64,000 nucleotides of DNA from Candidatus Poribacteria bacterium (lineage in GTDB: Bacteria; Poribacteria; WGA-4E; WGA-3G): the NCBI GenBank assembly GCA_965198235.1, contig OZ240248.1, forward strand, positions 1,696,001-1,760,000, read 5' to 3'. How positions within the stretch are numbered: position 1 is the stretch's first letter; each line of letters begins with the position of its first letter. Of the stretch, positions 1 through 10,049 are shown piece by piece. Below the pieces are notes generated by a model. It was not told the DNA's origin and did not search any database. It was given only the letters and a program-made list of their open reading frames with translations. A program made the position numbers and the translations under genes.

Positions 1-507
1 ATTCTGGATAGCCGTTGTGCCACCTGTAATAATGTAGGCGTAAGCTTCAAGACGCGCTCCAGACATACCGATGGGTTCCCTAATACGACTCTGGGCATCA
101 ACGACGAAATTCTGTTGGATTACATGCAGTATTTCCCTATCTGCGGGAATGGAGATTGCCTTCGCCGCTATCATCGCTCGGTCAACATCGTCCTGCGAAA
201 TCTCAGTATTTGCCACAGAAACAACCCCATGTGACGTTTGCCCAATAACATGTTCACCGGAAATGCCGACACAGACGGAGTCTATTTTCACCCCTGCCAT
301 CAATTCAGCACTGGAGATGGCTTTACGGATAGCCTCAGCTGTTTGGTTGATGTCAACGACAACTCCCCTGCGGAGTCCTTCGGAAGGCGCGTGCCCAACA
401 CCGATAATTCCTAATTTTTGGGTGCCCCCGTGTAGCGTGTTCCCAACAACTACCGAAATTTTGCTCGAACCGATATCAAGTCCTGCGATAATATTTTGTT
501 TTGGCAT
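1..507 (-). CDS. ftsA: Cell division protein FtsA (N-terminal part, runs off window)
   Basis: Manual translation from ATG at 507: MPKQNIIAGLDIGSSKISVVVG...SEGLRRGVVVDI; AGGAGGTG RBS upstream; follows ftsQ. Confidence 0.95.
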   Translation of the reverse strand, partial: MPKQNIIAGLDIGSSKISVVVGNTLHGGTQKLGIIGVGHAPSEGLRRGVVVDINQTAEAIRKAISSAELMAGVKIDSVCVGISGEHVIGQTSHGVVSVANTEISQDDVDRAMIAAKAISIPADREILHVIQQNFVVDAQSRIREPIGMSGARLEAYAYIITGGTTAIQN

Positions 508-605
508 TTAAATGTTTTCACCTCCTTCTTCTTTAAGTATCAAGGGCAGTAAACAGGTGCGGAGCCAATATTCTATAGGGCCCTATAGGTCCTACAGGGA
601 TAGTG

Positions 606-1604
606 CTACTTGCTTTCAGTATAACCCCCCAAGTAGAGTGTGTCTTGGTACCGGACATCAAGATATGGCTTTCTTACACTCGGGATCTCACCCATAAGTT
701 CAAGGATCCGAGTTTTATGCTGTTTTAGAAGCAGGGTCGTATGATGAAGCCCAGATTCGATCGCGTCTCCAGCAAGCCATACTGGTACAGGCAGCGCATC
801 AATCTGTAGCTTAATTTTTTGGAAATCACTTGCGTCGATAATCCGTATTTGTGCCGCAAGTGCTGGTTCCTGGAGCAGGGCAGTCTTTAAAACCTCTAAT
901 CCCAATTTAACCTCGCTTCTCTGAACGGCAGTACCAATTCTCGGTAGTTCATTACTCACTACCGGGAATATCGCCATTCCTTCAAGCCCTTCAAATCTCC
1001 ATTGACCTGTTTCTCCAACCTCTATATTTTTTAACACATGTCCTTCGCTATCTACGAGAAAAAACGAAATATCACCATCGAGTGGCGCACTTACAGCGGA
1101 TGATTTATTACCTAACGTTTGTACTCTGGGCATGTGCGCTTGAGAAGTTTGCGAAGCATTACCGAACCGCAGGAGAGCAAAAGGTTCACGTTCGGTGACT
1201 TCAATGGTGAGTATCCGCTTCATCACATGTTTAACGACGTGTACTTCTTTAATGTAACTCAAGCTCTCCTTCAGATAGTCAGCTGTTTGCTCTTCGGAAT
1301 CTGTGACGATATTTTCTAACTTCTCGCCTAATACATCATAGATTTGTACATCAGTATAGTGTATATTCCCTGAAAGTTCAAGTGAAACGTATCCAGCACT
1401 AAAAAAACCGAGCCCTATTTTTCCTGCAAACGATAAAGTAACCATGACCGCGATGACGAGGATTATACGCCGCCACATGTATATTTTGGCGTTGGGGTGT
1501 TTACCAAGTCGTCGCGCAGGCATTGAAGTCTGCCACGTATATCCATTACGCTTTTTACCAATTTTTAAGTGATTGAATCTGGTCATCGTTCCACTTCGTT
1601 TCAC
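606..1604 (-). CDS. ftsQ: FtsQ/DivIB cell division protein (true start probably downstream; ORF 5' end lies in a repeat)
   Basis: Single TM, then POTRA-like region (LTIEVTEREPFAL, FFLVDSEG) and C-terminal YLDVRY; between murC and ftsA. Confidence 0.75.
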   Translation of the reverse strand: MKRSGTMTRFNHLKIGKKRNGYTWQTSMPARRLGKHPNAKIYMWRRIILVIAVMVTLSFAGKIGLGFFSAGYVSLELSGNIHYTDVQIYDVLGEKLENIVTDSEEQTADYLKESLSYIKEVHVVKHVMKRILTIEVTEREPFALLRFGNASQTSQAHMPRVQTLGNKSSAVSAPLDGDISFFLVDSEGHVLKNIEVGETGQWRFEGLEGMAIFPVVSNELPRIGTAVQRSEVKLGLEVLKTALLQEPALAAQIRIIDASDFQKIKLQIDALPVPVWLAGDAIESGLHHTTLLLKQHKTRILELMGEIPSVRKPYLDVRYQDTLYLGGYTESK

Positions 1605-1757
1605 GATGGTGTTCGTCGAATTCCGACGCGATCGAGGACATGTACGATTTTTATGTGCTTATATCCGCTACCCATCATTATTGGGAGAGGTTGGACTTCA
1701 TCGCGGAAATCGCCGTGAAATGTAATGGAACGGTGCCCGGCGTTAATCGTTTAAAAG
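1561..1757. repeat. Miniature element: two inverted C-type arms (hairpin with GAAACGAAGTGGA-type loop)
   Basis: 1561-1625 (-) CATCGT-GAAACGAAGTGGA-ACGATG and 1692-1757 (+) CGCCGT-GAAATGTAATGGA-ACGGTG; the right end overlaps the murC stop. Confidence 0.75.
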
Positions 1758-3125
1758 TCTATTTAAGAACTCGTGTCCTACTTTGCTGATGTCCCCTGCT
1801 CCCAGTGTAATGACGATATCTTCTGGTTGTGTTATTTTCATCAGAACGTCCGTAACTTCATCTGTGTCTGGTACATAGAAGACATGACGATGCCCGTGTG
1901 ATTGTATCGCTTCTGCCAGTTTTTCAGCCGTGACGTTTTCAATAGGTGCCTCACCTGCACTATAGATTGAGGTAACAATGAGGACATCTGCCTGATAAAA
2001 AGAGCGAGAGAACTCATCTGCTAAATCTCTGACACGCTGATATCGATGTGGCTGAAAAACGGCGACGATACGACGCTTATAACCGTCGCGCGCACCACTC
2101 AATGCGGCTTTCAACTTCGCTGGATTATGTGCGTAATCGTCAACGACAATGATGTTCTTAGCTTCACCGAGTACTTCAAAGCGGCGATGTACTCCCTGAA
2201 ATGACTCAAGACTCTCCCGGATTTGATTGAACGGAATATCAAGTTCAAGTCCAACAGCTATCGCTGCCAAAGAGTTAGAAATATTATGGCGGCCCGGCAT
2301 TTTAAGGTGAATTTCGCCATATAGGTGTCCATTTTTGCGAACTCGGTAACGAGATGTCGGACCTTCTACAGTAATGCCTTCAGCAGTCAGATCCGCTCGC
2401 GTTTCAAGTCCATAAGTAATATAACGCTTTTTAACCCGCGGGATAAATCTCTGAATATTCTCAGCATCTAAGCAGAGGACTGCGGTACCGTAGAACGGGA
2501 CTTTATTGATGAATTTGAGGAAGGTTTCACCAATCTCGTCAACGCTACTGTAATAATCCAGATGGTCGGCATCAACTGACGTAACAACAGCAACAGTCGG
2601 ATAAAACATCTCAATAGAGCCATACGCCTCGTCTGCTTCGACTACCATAACATCACCTTCGCCACTTCGAGCGTGACTACCATTCATGAGTTTCCCACCT
2701 ACAACGACCGTCGGATCAAGACTGGCAACGACTGTCGCAGTCATAGCGGTTGTAGTTGTTTTTCCATGTGTCCCGCTGATAGCAACGCTATAGCGCATGC
2801 GAGTAATTTCATTTAACATCTCCGCGCCTCTGACGATTGGAATTTTCTGTGTTTCTGCAGCGAGAAGTTCTGGGTTATCAGGTGGAATAGCAGGAGACAT
2901 AACGACGACATCGGCACCCTGTATGTGTGATGCTGCATGCTCATAATGGATAGTTGCTCCCCGTCCACGCAAGTGTTCCGTAGTGTATGACTTTCGGATA
3001 TCTGAGCCTGTTACGTGGAATCCGAGGTCCAGCAGAATCTCAGTGATGCCACTTAAGCCAGCACCTCCTATGCCGATGATATGGATATGTCGTGTTTTTC
3101 CAAACATTTTTTTAACGATTCGCAA
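1743..3125 (-). CDS. murC: UDP-N-acetylmuramate--L-alanine ligase
   Basis: HIIGIGGAGLSG, GTHGKTTTT, EADE, DDYAHNP, FQPHRY motifs. Confidence 0.97.
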   Translation of the reverse strand: MRIVKKMFGKTRHIHIIGIGGAGLSGITEILLDLGFHVTGSDIRKSYTTEHLRGRGATIHYEHAASHIQGADVVVMSPAIPPDNPELLAAETQKIPIVRGAEMLNEITRMRYSVAISGTHGKTTTTAMTATVVASLDPTVVVGGKLMNGSHARSGEGDVMVVEADEAYGSIEMFYPTVAVVTSVDADHLDYYSSVDEIGETFLKFINKVPFYGTAVLCLDAENIQRFIPRVKKRYITYGLETRADLTAEGITVEGPTSRYRVRKNGHLYGEIHLKMPGRHNISNSLAAIAVGLELDIPFNQIRESLESFQGVHRRFEVLGEAKNIIVVDDYAHNPAKLKAALSGARDGYKRRIVAVFQPHRYQRVRDLADEFSRSFYQADVLIVTSIYSAGEAPIENVTAEKLAEAIQSHGHRHVFYVPDTDEVTDVLMKITQPEDIVITLGAGDISKVGHEFLNRLLND

Positions 3126-3217
3126 GGCGTTAAGTCAAGCGATTAGGTCCATAACGGTTTTCATTGGGAAGTCGCCTGCGCCGTTGTTGCAGGCTGACCT
3201 CATTTTTTATTCGCGCT

Positions 3218-3280
3218 GGAATTCACCGAAGACCACCGTGAAACGAAGTCGAACGGTGACCAGAGTTAATAGTTTAAAAA
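3218..3280 (+). repeat. C-type repeat arm
   Basis: CACCGT-GAAACGAAGTCGA-ACGGTG-ACCAGAGTTAATAGTTTAAAA; overlaps the last codons of murG. Confidence 0.8.
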
Positions 3281-4465
3281 GATTGACTTGGCAATATCAT
3301 CGCTGGCATATGGTTTACCGAGTGCGCGACTTGCGATTACCATGCGTTCGTGTGTATTTCCGTCCAGGGCCATGTTAGTTAGGTTTTTAACCAATACCTC
3401 TACTGTGAAAGTGCCTTGTTCAAGTACAACAGCCGCACCCTCTTCTGCAACAGTGTGAGCGTTTAATACTTGGTTGTTTCCGGTTTGCGAGGGTAAGGGT
3501 ATGAAAATTGCCGGGATACCACAAGCAGTGACTTCGGCAATAGTCATTCCCCCTGCTCTGCACACCATAACATCTGCGATGCTATAGATTTCTTCAACAG
3601 TATCAAAGAAAGGTTTGACACAGTATAGGAATCCTTCATGCGAAGCGAGTGTTTGATCATAAGCGTTTTGAACCTTTTCTACTTCCATCGCACCAGTTTG
3701 ATGGACTATCTGGATCTGATCGGCATATTCAGTTAAGTGTGGCAGCGCAGCTACAATCGCTTCATTGATAGCGTGAGCACCCTGGCTCCCACCCATCACA
3801 AAAATAGTTTTCCGCTCTGGATGCAACCCGAATCTTCTGTAGGTTTCCTCGCGCCTCGGGAATGCAGCGATTGCAGGACGAATAGGGTTTCCTGTTATCT
3901 CTATACGCGTGGTTCGTCGGAACGAATTGTTCTCGCGAACCGATTCCATGGCAAGGTAGGCGACATCCGCCCATCGTGCTAATATACTGTTCGTTAAGCC
4001 AACAGAAGCATTCTGTTCTTGGATAGCAATCGGAATTTTGCCCAGAAGACCAGCTAACAGCACCGGACCTGAAACATATCCCCCCGTTCCTATAACGACA
4101 TCTGGTTTCAACTCCTTCATATATCGCAATGACTGAATAAGTCCACGAAATGCCTTCCAAATGGTTGGTAACCATTGTAAAGTGAGGCGACGCGGAAACC
4201 CAGCAACTGAAATAGGCAAGAAACGGAATCCATGTTGTGGAACAAGCGTTGATTCCAACTTGTCTGAACCACCAATGAACGCAACGTCTACAGTGGCATC
4301 CAAACGTTGCAGTGCCTGGGCGATACCAATGGCGGGATAGATATGCCCGCCTGTCCCGCCGCCCGCGATAACGATTTTTTTGTGTGTCGCACGCTGTTGC
4401 AGTGCCAATAAGCTGCGGTCGTGGGTTTCTGATAAATTTCTATCGCAACACTTAGAAGTAATCAT
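3266..4465 (-). CDS. murG: MurG N-acetylglucosaminyltransferase
   Basis: AGGGTGGHIYPA, GGYVSGP, GGSQGA, RAGGMT motifs. Confidence 0.97.
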   Translation of the reverse strand: MITSKCCDRNLSETHDRSLLALQQRATHKKIVIAGGGTGGHIYPAIGIAQALQRLDATVDVAFIGGSDKLESTLVPQHGFRFLPISVAGFPRRLTLQWLPTIWKAFRGLIQSLRYMKELKPDVVIGTGGYVSGPVLLAGLLGKIPIAIQEQNASVGLTNSILARWADVAYLAMESVRENNSFRRTTRIEITGNPIRPAIAAFPRREETYRRFGLHPERKTIFVMGGSQGAHAINEAIVAALPHLTEYADQIQIVHQTGAMEVEKVQNAYDQTLASHEGFLYCVKPFFDTVEEIYSIADVMVCRAGGMTIAEVTACGIPAIFIPLPSQTGNNQVLNAHTVAEEGAAVVLEQGTFTVEVLVKNLTNMALDGNTHERMVIASRALGKPYASDDIAKSIFLNY

Positions 4466-4529
4466 GATTTGAGTCTATTAAAGGACCTCATCCGGAGTCC
4501 CTCGCCTTACAAAATCAAGCAATTTGGTA

Positions 4530-5798
4530 TCAGTCTACGTTCTTACTGCTGCTACGTGATACGTTCAAAAGGATCCCGACGCTCACCAGGCTCAGAACAA
4601 TTGATGAGCCGCCGTAACTGATAAACGGCAAAGTAATCCCTTTTGTCGGCAACAAGCCTGTCACAACACCAATGTTGATGAATGCCTGTAGACCGATGAG
4701 TGTCGTGATTCCGGTGGCGAGCAAAGAAGCGAATAGGTCACTTGCATGTCGGGCAATGTGGAGTCCTCGCCATACAAAAAGCATGAAAATAAACGTCACA
4801 GTCACAGCACCAATAAACCCGAATTCCTCACCTAACACCGCGAAAATAAAATCTGTGTGTGGATAGGGAAGACGTGATATTTTCTGAAGGCTGCTATCGA
4901 TTCCTAAACCGAGGAGTCCACCACTTTCGAGTGCATCCAGCGAACGTGTTAGCTGATAGTTTGTCGCATCTGGAGATTTCAACATTGCCAAATAATCCAT
5001 AAGCCGTTTTAGTTTATATGAATCCCGAATTATCAGTAAACTGAGAAGGCCGCCCCCGACACCTGCAAGTGTTAGCACATGCCAGAGACGCATACCACCA
5101 ATAAATAGCACCATGCAGACGGTTACTACGAGTAAGAACGCCGAACCGAAATCCGGTTGGATGTACACAAGACCAAAAGCGACACCTACAATCAGGATAT
5201 TCGGAAGTACACCGTTGAAAAAACTCTTAACGCGCTCTGGGTTGCGGCTTATGAAATTTGCCACATGCATAACCAACGCTATTTTTGCAAATTCCACAGG
5301 CTGAAAATGGACGGGTAGATTCCCGATCTGGATCCAGCGTCTAAATCTACCGCCGTCGGCACCTTGTACGCTTGCCCCTAAACCTGGGACGAAAACCAAT
5401 AATAACCCTATAAAGGCGAGTATCAAAAAGAGGTTTGCGAACTTCGCATAAAGCCTATAGGGTAGGTAAGAAGTAAAGAGCATACCGACTAAACCAATCA
5501 CACATGCGATGATGTGTATCTGCAGATACCGGTAACTATAGCCATCATAGTGTCTTGAAGAGAGAAGATGGCTTGCGCTGTATACCATCAGAATGCCTAT
5601 CGCAATAAGGCAGAGCGTAAGAGCGATCAACCCTCTATCCATTCGTCTCAATCTTTGCGGAGAAGGTGCTTCTACTACTTGTTTCTGCTGTTCCTCTACA
5701 ACGGAATAGGCGCGCGTGTTTGTCCATTTAAACCCAGATTTTGATTTGGATTTACGATCCCTATTGCTACGGGCAGAGTTTTGGTAATTGCGTACCAT
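4530..5798 (-). CDS. ftsW: FtsW SEDS-family peptidoglycan polymerase
   Basis: Multi-TM; RRWI, FQPVEFAK, QPDFG, HTDFIFAVLGEEFG, LPFISYGGSS. Confidence 0.95.
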   Translation of the reverse strand: MVRNYQNSARSNRDRKSKSKSGFKWTNTRAYSVVEEQQKQVVEAPSPQRLRRMDRGLIALTLCLIAIGILMVYSASHLLSSRHYDGYSYRYLQIHIIACVIGLVGMLFTSYLPYRLYAKFANLFLILAFIGLLLVFVPGLGASVQGADGGRFRRWIQIGNLPVHFQPVEFAKIALVMHVANFISRNPERVKSFFNGVLPNILIVGVAFGLVYIQPDFGSAFLLVVTVCMVLFIGGMRLWHVLTLAGVGGGLLSLLIIRDSYKLKRLMDYLAMLKSPDATNYQLTRSLDALESGGLLGLGIDSSLQKISRLPYPHTDFIFAVLGEEFGFIGAVTVTFIFMLFVWRGLHIARHASDLFASLLATGITTLIGLQAFINIGVVTGLLPTKGITLPFISYGGSSIVLSLVSVGILLNVSRSSSKNVD

Positions 5799-5861
5799 CG
5801 TTGTGCTCTTAATCCTTTTCTGTGTTGTCTCGATCCTAAAAATCCATGTTTATGAATAGTT

Positions 5862-7307
5862 CTAATGAAGGGGTTGGAGCGCGTCAACTGCTTCTTTAAA
5901 ATCGGTACCTCTTGCTTTGTAATCGGGGTACATATCAAAACTCGCATTTGCCGGGGACAACAGGACGACATCGCCCGGTGACGTGTGTTTATGTGCCATC
6001 TGCACGGCTTTTGCCATTGTTTCAGCTTTCATTATTTTCGTGGTATTGGCGAGAGTCTTTTCAATCTGTTGGGTGTACTCTCCGAGCATTACTGCCCCTT
6101 TAACCTTAGTTTGAACAATTTCACGCAAAGGCGTGTAATCATTACCCTTGTCATACCCTCCCATTATCAGTAGAACCTGGGAATCGGCTAACGATTCAAG
6201 AGCTGCTTTGACGGCTGCCACGTTTGTCGCTTTTGAGTCGTTTATGAATCGGACCCCTTCTAAGGTCCGCACCAACTCAAAAGCGTGGGATAAAGCGGGG
6301 TGCGACCGATCGAAGCATTGAAGTGCTTTTCGGATCTCTGCCCGTGTTACACCAAAAATCTGTCCTACAGCAATAGCGGCGAGGACGTTCTGTACATTGT
6401 GCGCCCCTGGAAGTGGAATGTCTATGATGTCACATATCTTCTCGCGTGTCTCATTCTGCTGCGCGAAAAGCCCCGAACCCTCTCTAAATGTTCCTGAGAA
6501 CGACAAATCTTCAGGAGCACCTTTGTCTGTAAAGTAGACCGCTTCCGCCGATGTTGATGCTGCGAAATCTTTGACAGATGCATCTGAATCATTGAGAACT
6601 ATCCAGTCTGCAGTCGTTTGGTTGTTAGAGATTTTCTGTTTTGCTTCGCAATAGGCGGACATTGTTCCATGTCTGTCCAAGTGGTCGCGAGACAAATTAA
6701 GCACAACGCTAACCTTCGGATGAAAGGTCACGGTGCTTTCCAACTGAAAACTACTTGCCTCAACAACGACTATATCTCGACTTGTAAGATTTTGAACCTC
6801 CGCTGCCAATGGAACACCGATGTTGCCAGCAACGCGAACGTTTGGAAATCTACCACCGGCTTTTAGTATGGCAGCTGTGAGCAGCGTCGTTGTTGATTTA
6901 CCTTTCGTGCCAGTGATGGCGACAATAGTTGCTGGACATACGCTCGCGGCAACCTCCAATTCTGCGAGGATTGGGAGGTTTCTCGACCGCGCCTCGCACA
7001 GGATCGGAATATCAAGCGGTACACCCGGGGAGGCCACTATCAGGTCTGCATCTGTAATGCATTCCAAAGGATGCCCGCTAAAATATGTTCGATACGGATT
7101 ACAGATGTCTGAAAATCTACTGTTAGCGATCTGCGCTTTGCTTGGCTCTGAGGACTCATTGAGCGCAGCAATTTCTGCTGATAGTGTTTCACGAGAACGC
7201 GTATCTGTAAGCGTAACAACGGCGCCGTGTGAATATAGTAATTTCGCCGCGGCGATCCCGCTCCGATTCAAGCCAAAAACTGTAACCCGTTTTCCTTGTA
7301 ATTGCAC
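5862..7307 (-). CDS. murD: UDP-N-acetylmuramoyl-L-alanine--D-glutamate ligase
   Basis: Likely GTG start at 7307 (VQLQGKRVTVFGLNRSG); ITGTKGKSTTT, GNIG, SSFQL, NDSKATN, LLSPANASFD. Confidence 0.95.
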   Translation of the reverse strand: MQLQGKRVTVFGLNRSGIAAAKLLYSHGAVVTLTDTRSRETLSAEIAALNESSEPSKAQIANSRFSDICNPYRTYFSGHPLECITDADLIVASPGVPLDIPILCEARSRNLPILAELEVAASVCPATIVAITGTKGKSTTTLLTAAILKAGGRFPNVRVAGNIGVPLAAEVQNLTSRDIVVVEASSFQLESTVTFHPKVSVVLNLSRDHLDRHGTMSAYCEAKQKISNNQTTADWIVLNDSDASVKDFAASTSAEAVYFTDKGAPEDLSFSGTFREGSGLFAQQNETREKICDIIDIPLPGAHNVQNVLAAIAVGQIFGVTRAEIRKALQCFDRSHPALSHAFELVRTLEGVRFINDSKATNVAAVKAALESLADSQVLLIMGGYDKGNDYTPLREIVQTKVKGAVMLGEYTQQIEKTLANTTKIMKAETMAKAVQMAHKHTSPGDVVLLSPANASFDMYPDYKARGTDFKEAVDALQPLH

Positions 7308-7612
7308 TTTTTTAATTATTAAATCTGTTAACCATCGAAGAAATCCGCAGAAACACCCAAGCAAAAACCCCAAGCAAAAACACTCGTGCTTTAACATTTA
7401 TAGCGGAGTCGAGTTGATGGTTAAACCGCTCCACTTCGTTCCGCGGTGGTTTTCGGTTAATTCTAACTGCCTCTGGAATCTGAACGTTATTTAACAAAGT
7501 CTGTTAGGAGGATCAAAAACCTGCCCGAAATGAAATTAGGTTTCCTTAAATGGCATAATTTGTCTTTGCTTTACATTTGGAGGGCAGTCCAGGATCCCCA
7601 TAATTAAAAAAA
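7308..7612. repeat. Composite miniature element filling the mraY-murD spacer (C-type on -, B-type arm 7527-7612 on +)
   Basis: B arm GAAATTAGGTTTCCTTAAATGGCATAATTTG...TACATTTGGAG...CCCATAATTAAAAAAA is near-identical to 59327-59407; C-type terminus CAGATTTAATAATTAAAAAA abuts the murD GTG. Confidence 0.75.
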
Positions 7613-7615
7613 TAG

Positions 7616-8719
7616 TTACCGAAGTTTCAATGTGCTTAAGGCGATTAAGACCAAAATAAGCCCCACAATCCAAAATCGGATGACAACTTTGGATTCCTTC
7701 CACCCTGAGAGCAGGAAGTGATAATGGATAGGAGACATTTTGAACACACGTTTGCCAAATGTACGGAATGACCAGACTTGGATGATGACCGATAATGTTT
7801 CAGCGACGAAAATGGCACCGACTATCACGAGTAGGAATTCCTGCTTTATAAGCACTGCTACCGTTCCAAGTGTGGCACCGAGTGCCAGCGATCCAGTATC
7901 TCCCATAAAGACTTGCGCCGGATGCCCATTATACCATAGAAATCCCAAGCCTGCCCCGACCAATGCTGCACAGAAAACTGCTGTAACTTCTCCTCCTACT
8001 GGTAGGTGAAAGATGTCCAGGTACGCTGCAATCTCGCTGTGGCTCGTCATGTACCCGACTATACCTAAGGTCCCTGCAACAAACAGGGTGCATCCAATTG
8101 CTAATCCGTCCATTCCATCCGTAAGATTGACTGCATTAGAGGCCGCAACTATGACCAGAGTTGCAAAAGGGATAAACAGAATACCTAAATTTGGCTGAAC
8201 CTCTTTGAAAAAAGGAAGGATCAGCGATGTCCGTGTTGTTAAATCTCCAGTGTGCGTGGGACCCCACTGGTAAAGATAACCAGCAATCGCTAATGCTCCT
8301 ACTGTTTGAAGTCCAATCTTATGCCAACCGCGGAGTCCTAAGGATTGTTGCTTTACCAATTTGCTGTAATCATCTAAGAATCCGAGTCCACCGAACCAGA
8401 GTGTTGTTAGGATCATCAAGTAGATATAGGGTTGATCCAAACGCGACCAGAACACTACGGATATCAGGACGGAAACGATAATAAGCACGCCTCCCATTGT
8501 TGGAGTCCCTGCTTTACTTTGGTAATCTTTTGGTCCCTCTTCGCGTATGTGTTCGCCGATTCGGAGTTGTTTGAGCCGATTTATCATGAACGGTCCCAAG
8601 ACAAGCGCGATAATCAGTGATGTTGCCGTTGCATAAATTGCTCGGATACTGATGTAACGAAAAATGTTGAATGGCGAAAAGACATCAACGAGGTTCTCAT
8701 ATAGGAGATGGTAAAACAT
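7616..8719 (-). CDS. mraY: Phospho-N-acetylmuramoyl-pentapeptide transferase
   Basis: KAGTPTMGG, LDDY, NAVNLTDGMDGL, VFMGDTGSLALG. Confidence 0.98.
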   Translation of the reverse strand: MFYHLLYENLVDVFSPFNIFRYISIRAIYATATSLIIALVLGPFMINRLKQLRIGEHIREEGPKDYQSKAGTPTMGGVLIIVSVLISVVFWSRLDQPYIYLMILTTLWFGGLGFLDDYSKLVKQQSLGLRGWHKIGLQTVGALAIAGYLYQWGPTHTGDLTTRTSLILPFFKEVQPNLGILFIPFATLVIVAASNAVNLTDGMDGLAIGCTLFVAGTLGIVGYMTSHSEIAAYLDIFHLPVGGEVTAVFCAALVGAGLGFLWYNGHPAQVFMGDTGSLALGATLGTVAVLIKQEFLLVIVGAIFVAETLSVIIQVWSFRTFGKRVFKMSPIHYHFLLSGWKESKVVIRFWIVGLILVLIALSTLKLR

Positions 8720-8747
8720 TTTTCTTAAAAGGCGACCGGTGATAATT

Positions 8748-9944
8748 TCACGCGGTGCCTCCTAACTTATTGCCCTTCTTCAATTTGGCAAGACTCGCAC
8801 CTGCTTGGCTTAGGAGGTTCGTCGTATATGTATAAGTTAACGCATTTTTCTCTGCATGTGCCGTAAATGCTAAGTCGATGAGATCGGATACAAGATGCGG
8901 AAACTCAATGCCTTGATGCGTCCACAAGTAGTAACTATATGATCCGGGAATGGTGTTGATTTCATTCACGTAAACGTTCTCGTTTGCATCTACGAGAAAA
9001 TCGATACGTGCTACACCGGCGCAATCTAAAACCTGAAAGGTATATATCGCAAGATTTTGTATATATAACGTCAATTCTTCTGAAATGGGTGCAGGAATTT
9101 TCCTGTCCGCACCTGCCATTCCTGAAGATTCTCCATTTTGATGGATGTATTTATCATCAAAACTGAGAAAGTTTGCCTGGGTCACAGGTTGTTCGCAGAC
9201 AGAGGCAGTTGGATCGTCCGTACCCATTACAGCACAGTTGATTTCGAGAGGATTCTCAACCGCTTTTTCGACGAGAATTCTACGCGAATAATGTCCCGCA
9301 ACTTCCGCAGCACCGCAAAGTTCATCTTGGTTTTTAACATGGCTGACCCCGATACTTGAGCCGCTCATTGCGGGCTTGACAAACAGTGGGTAAGAAAGCG
9401 ATGCTTCCACCTTTTTGATGAGTTCGTCACGGCGCGTTTCCCAATCATGATGAGTCCAACATAAATACGGAAGTATTGGAAGTTCATTTTCGCTGAGAAT
9501 TGCCTTCATCATGATTTTATCCATACCGACAGCGGCACCGACGACTCGCGCACCAACGTAGGGCAGATTCATAAGCTCAAGTAACCCTTGAAGCGTTCCA
9601 TCTTCGCCGTGCATGCCGTGTATTGATGGAAAGACGATATCTACTGGAAGAACAGCTCTTTTCTGACCGAGCCACTGTTTAGAGGTAACAACAAATTGCG
9701 GGTTCGGATGAAATTCAACGCTGACTTTGTCGAAGTCGGCTGGGTGTGGCAGATTTCCATCAGTAAAGGTAGACAAATCGCGAAGGGCATCGCCGGTTAA
9801 CCACTCGCCATTTTTTGTGACATAAATCGGGATAACGTGATGGTTTTCTTGTAAAGCGATGCAAACTTGGTGTGCAGTTACGATTGAGACTTCGTGTTCA
9901 GGTGTGCATCCGCCAAATATAAGGGCTACATTGTATTTTGACAT
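8748..9944 (-). CDS. ddl: D-alanine--D-alanine ligase
   Basis: FGGCTPEHEVS, HGMHGEDGTLQG, GSSIG, RIDF, NEINTIPG. Confidence 0.93.
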   Translation of the reverse strand: MSKYNVALIFGGCTPEHEVSIVTAHQVCIALQENHHVIPIYVTKNGEWLTGDALRDLSTFTDGNLPHPADFDKVSVEFHPNPQFVVTSKQWLGQKRAVLPVDIVFPSIHGMHGEDGTLQGLLELMNLPYVGARVVGAAVGMDKIMMKAILSENELPILPYLCWTHHDWETRRDELIKKVEASLSYPLFVKPAMSGSSIGVSHVKNQDELCGAAEVAGHYSRRILVEKAVENPLEINCAVMGTDDPTASVCEQPVTQANFLSFDDKYIHQNGESSGMAGADRKIPAPISEELTLYIQNLAIYTFQVLDCAGVARIDFLVDANENVYVNEINTIPGSYSYYLWTHQGIEFPHLVSDLIDLAFTAHAEKNALTYTYTTNLLSQAGASLAKLKKGNKLGGTA

Positions 9945-9954
9945 TTTTTTAATG

Positions 9955-10049
9955 GCTTTCAGCAGTTGGCTATCGGCTATCAGTTAAGAGGTTTTCGTTT
10001 AATAGAAGCCTTTTGTGACTGATGGCTGACGGCTGATGGCTGACGGCTA
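9955..10049. repeat. Heptamer-repeat element (F-type; CTGA(T/C)GG-like units flanking core ATCAGTTAAGAGGTTTTCGTTTAA)
   Basis: Same core at 12506-12529 and, degenerate, on - at 41897-41965; related heptamers at 27365-27515, 45335-45365 and 62345-62365. Confidence 0.75.

Noticed and set aside
8748-9944. Ddl as a Van-type D-Ala-D-Lac ligase
   Set aside because: The omega-loop Tyr is retained and there are no vanH/vanX neighbours.
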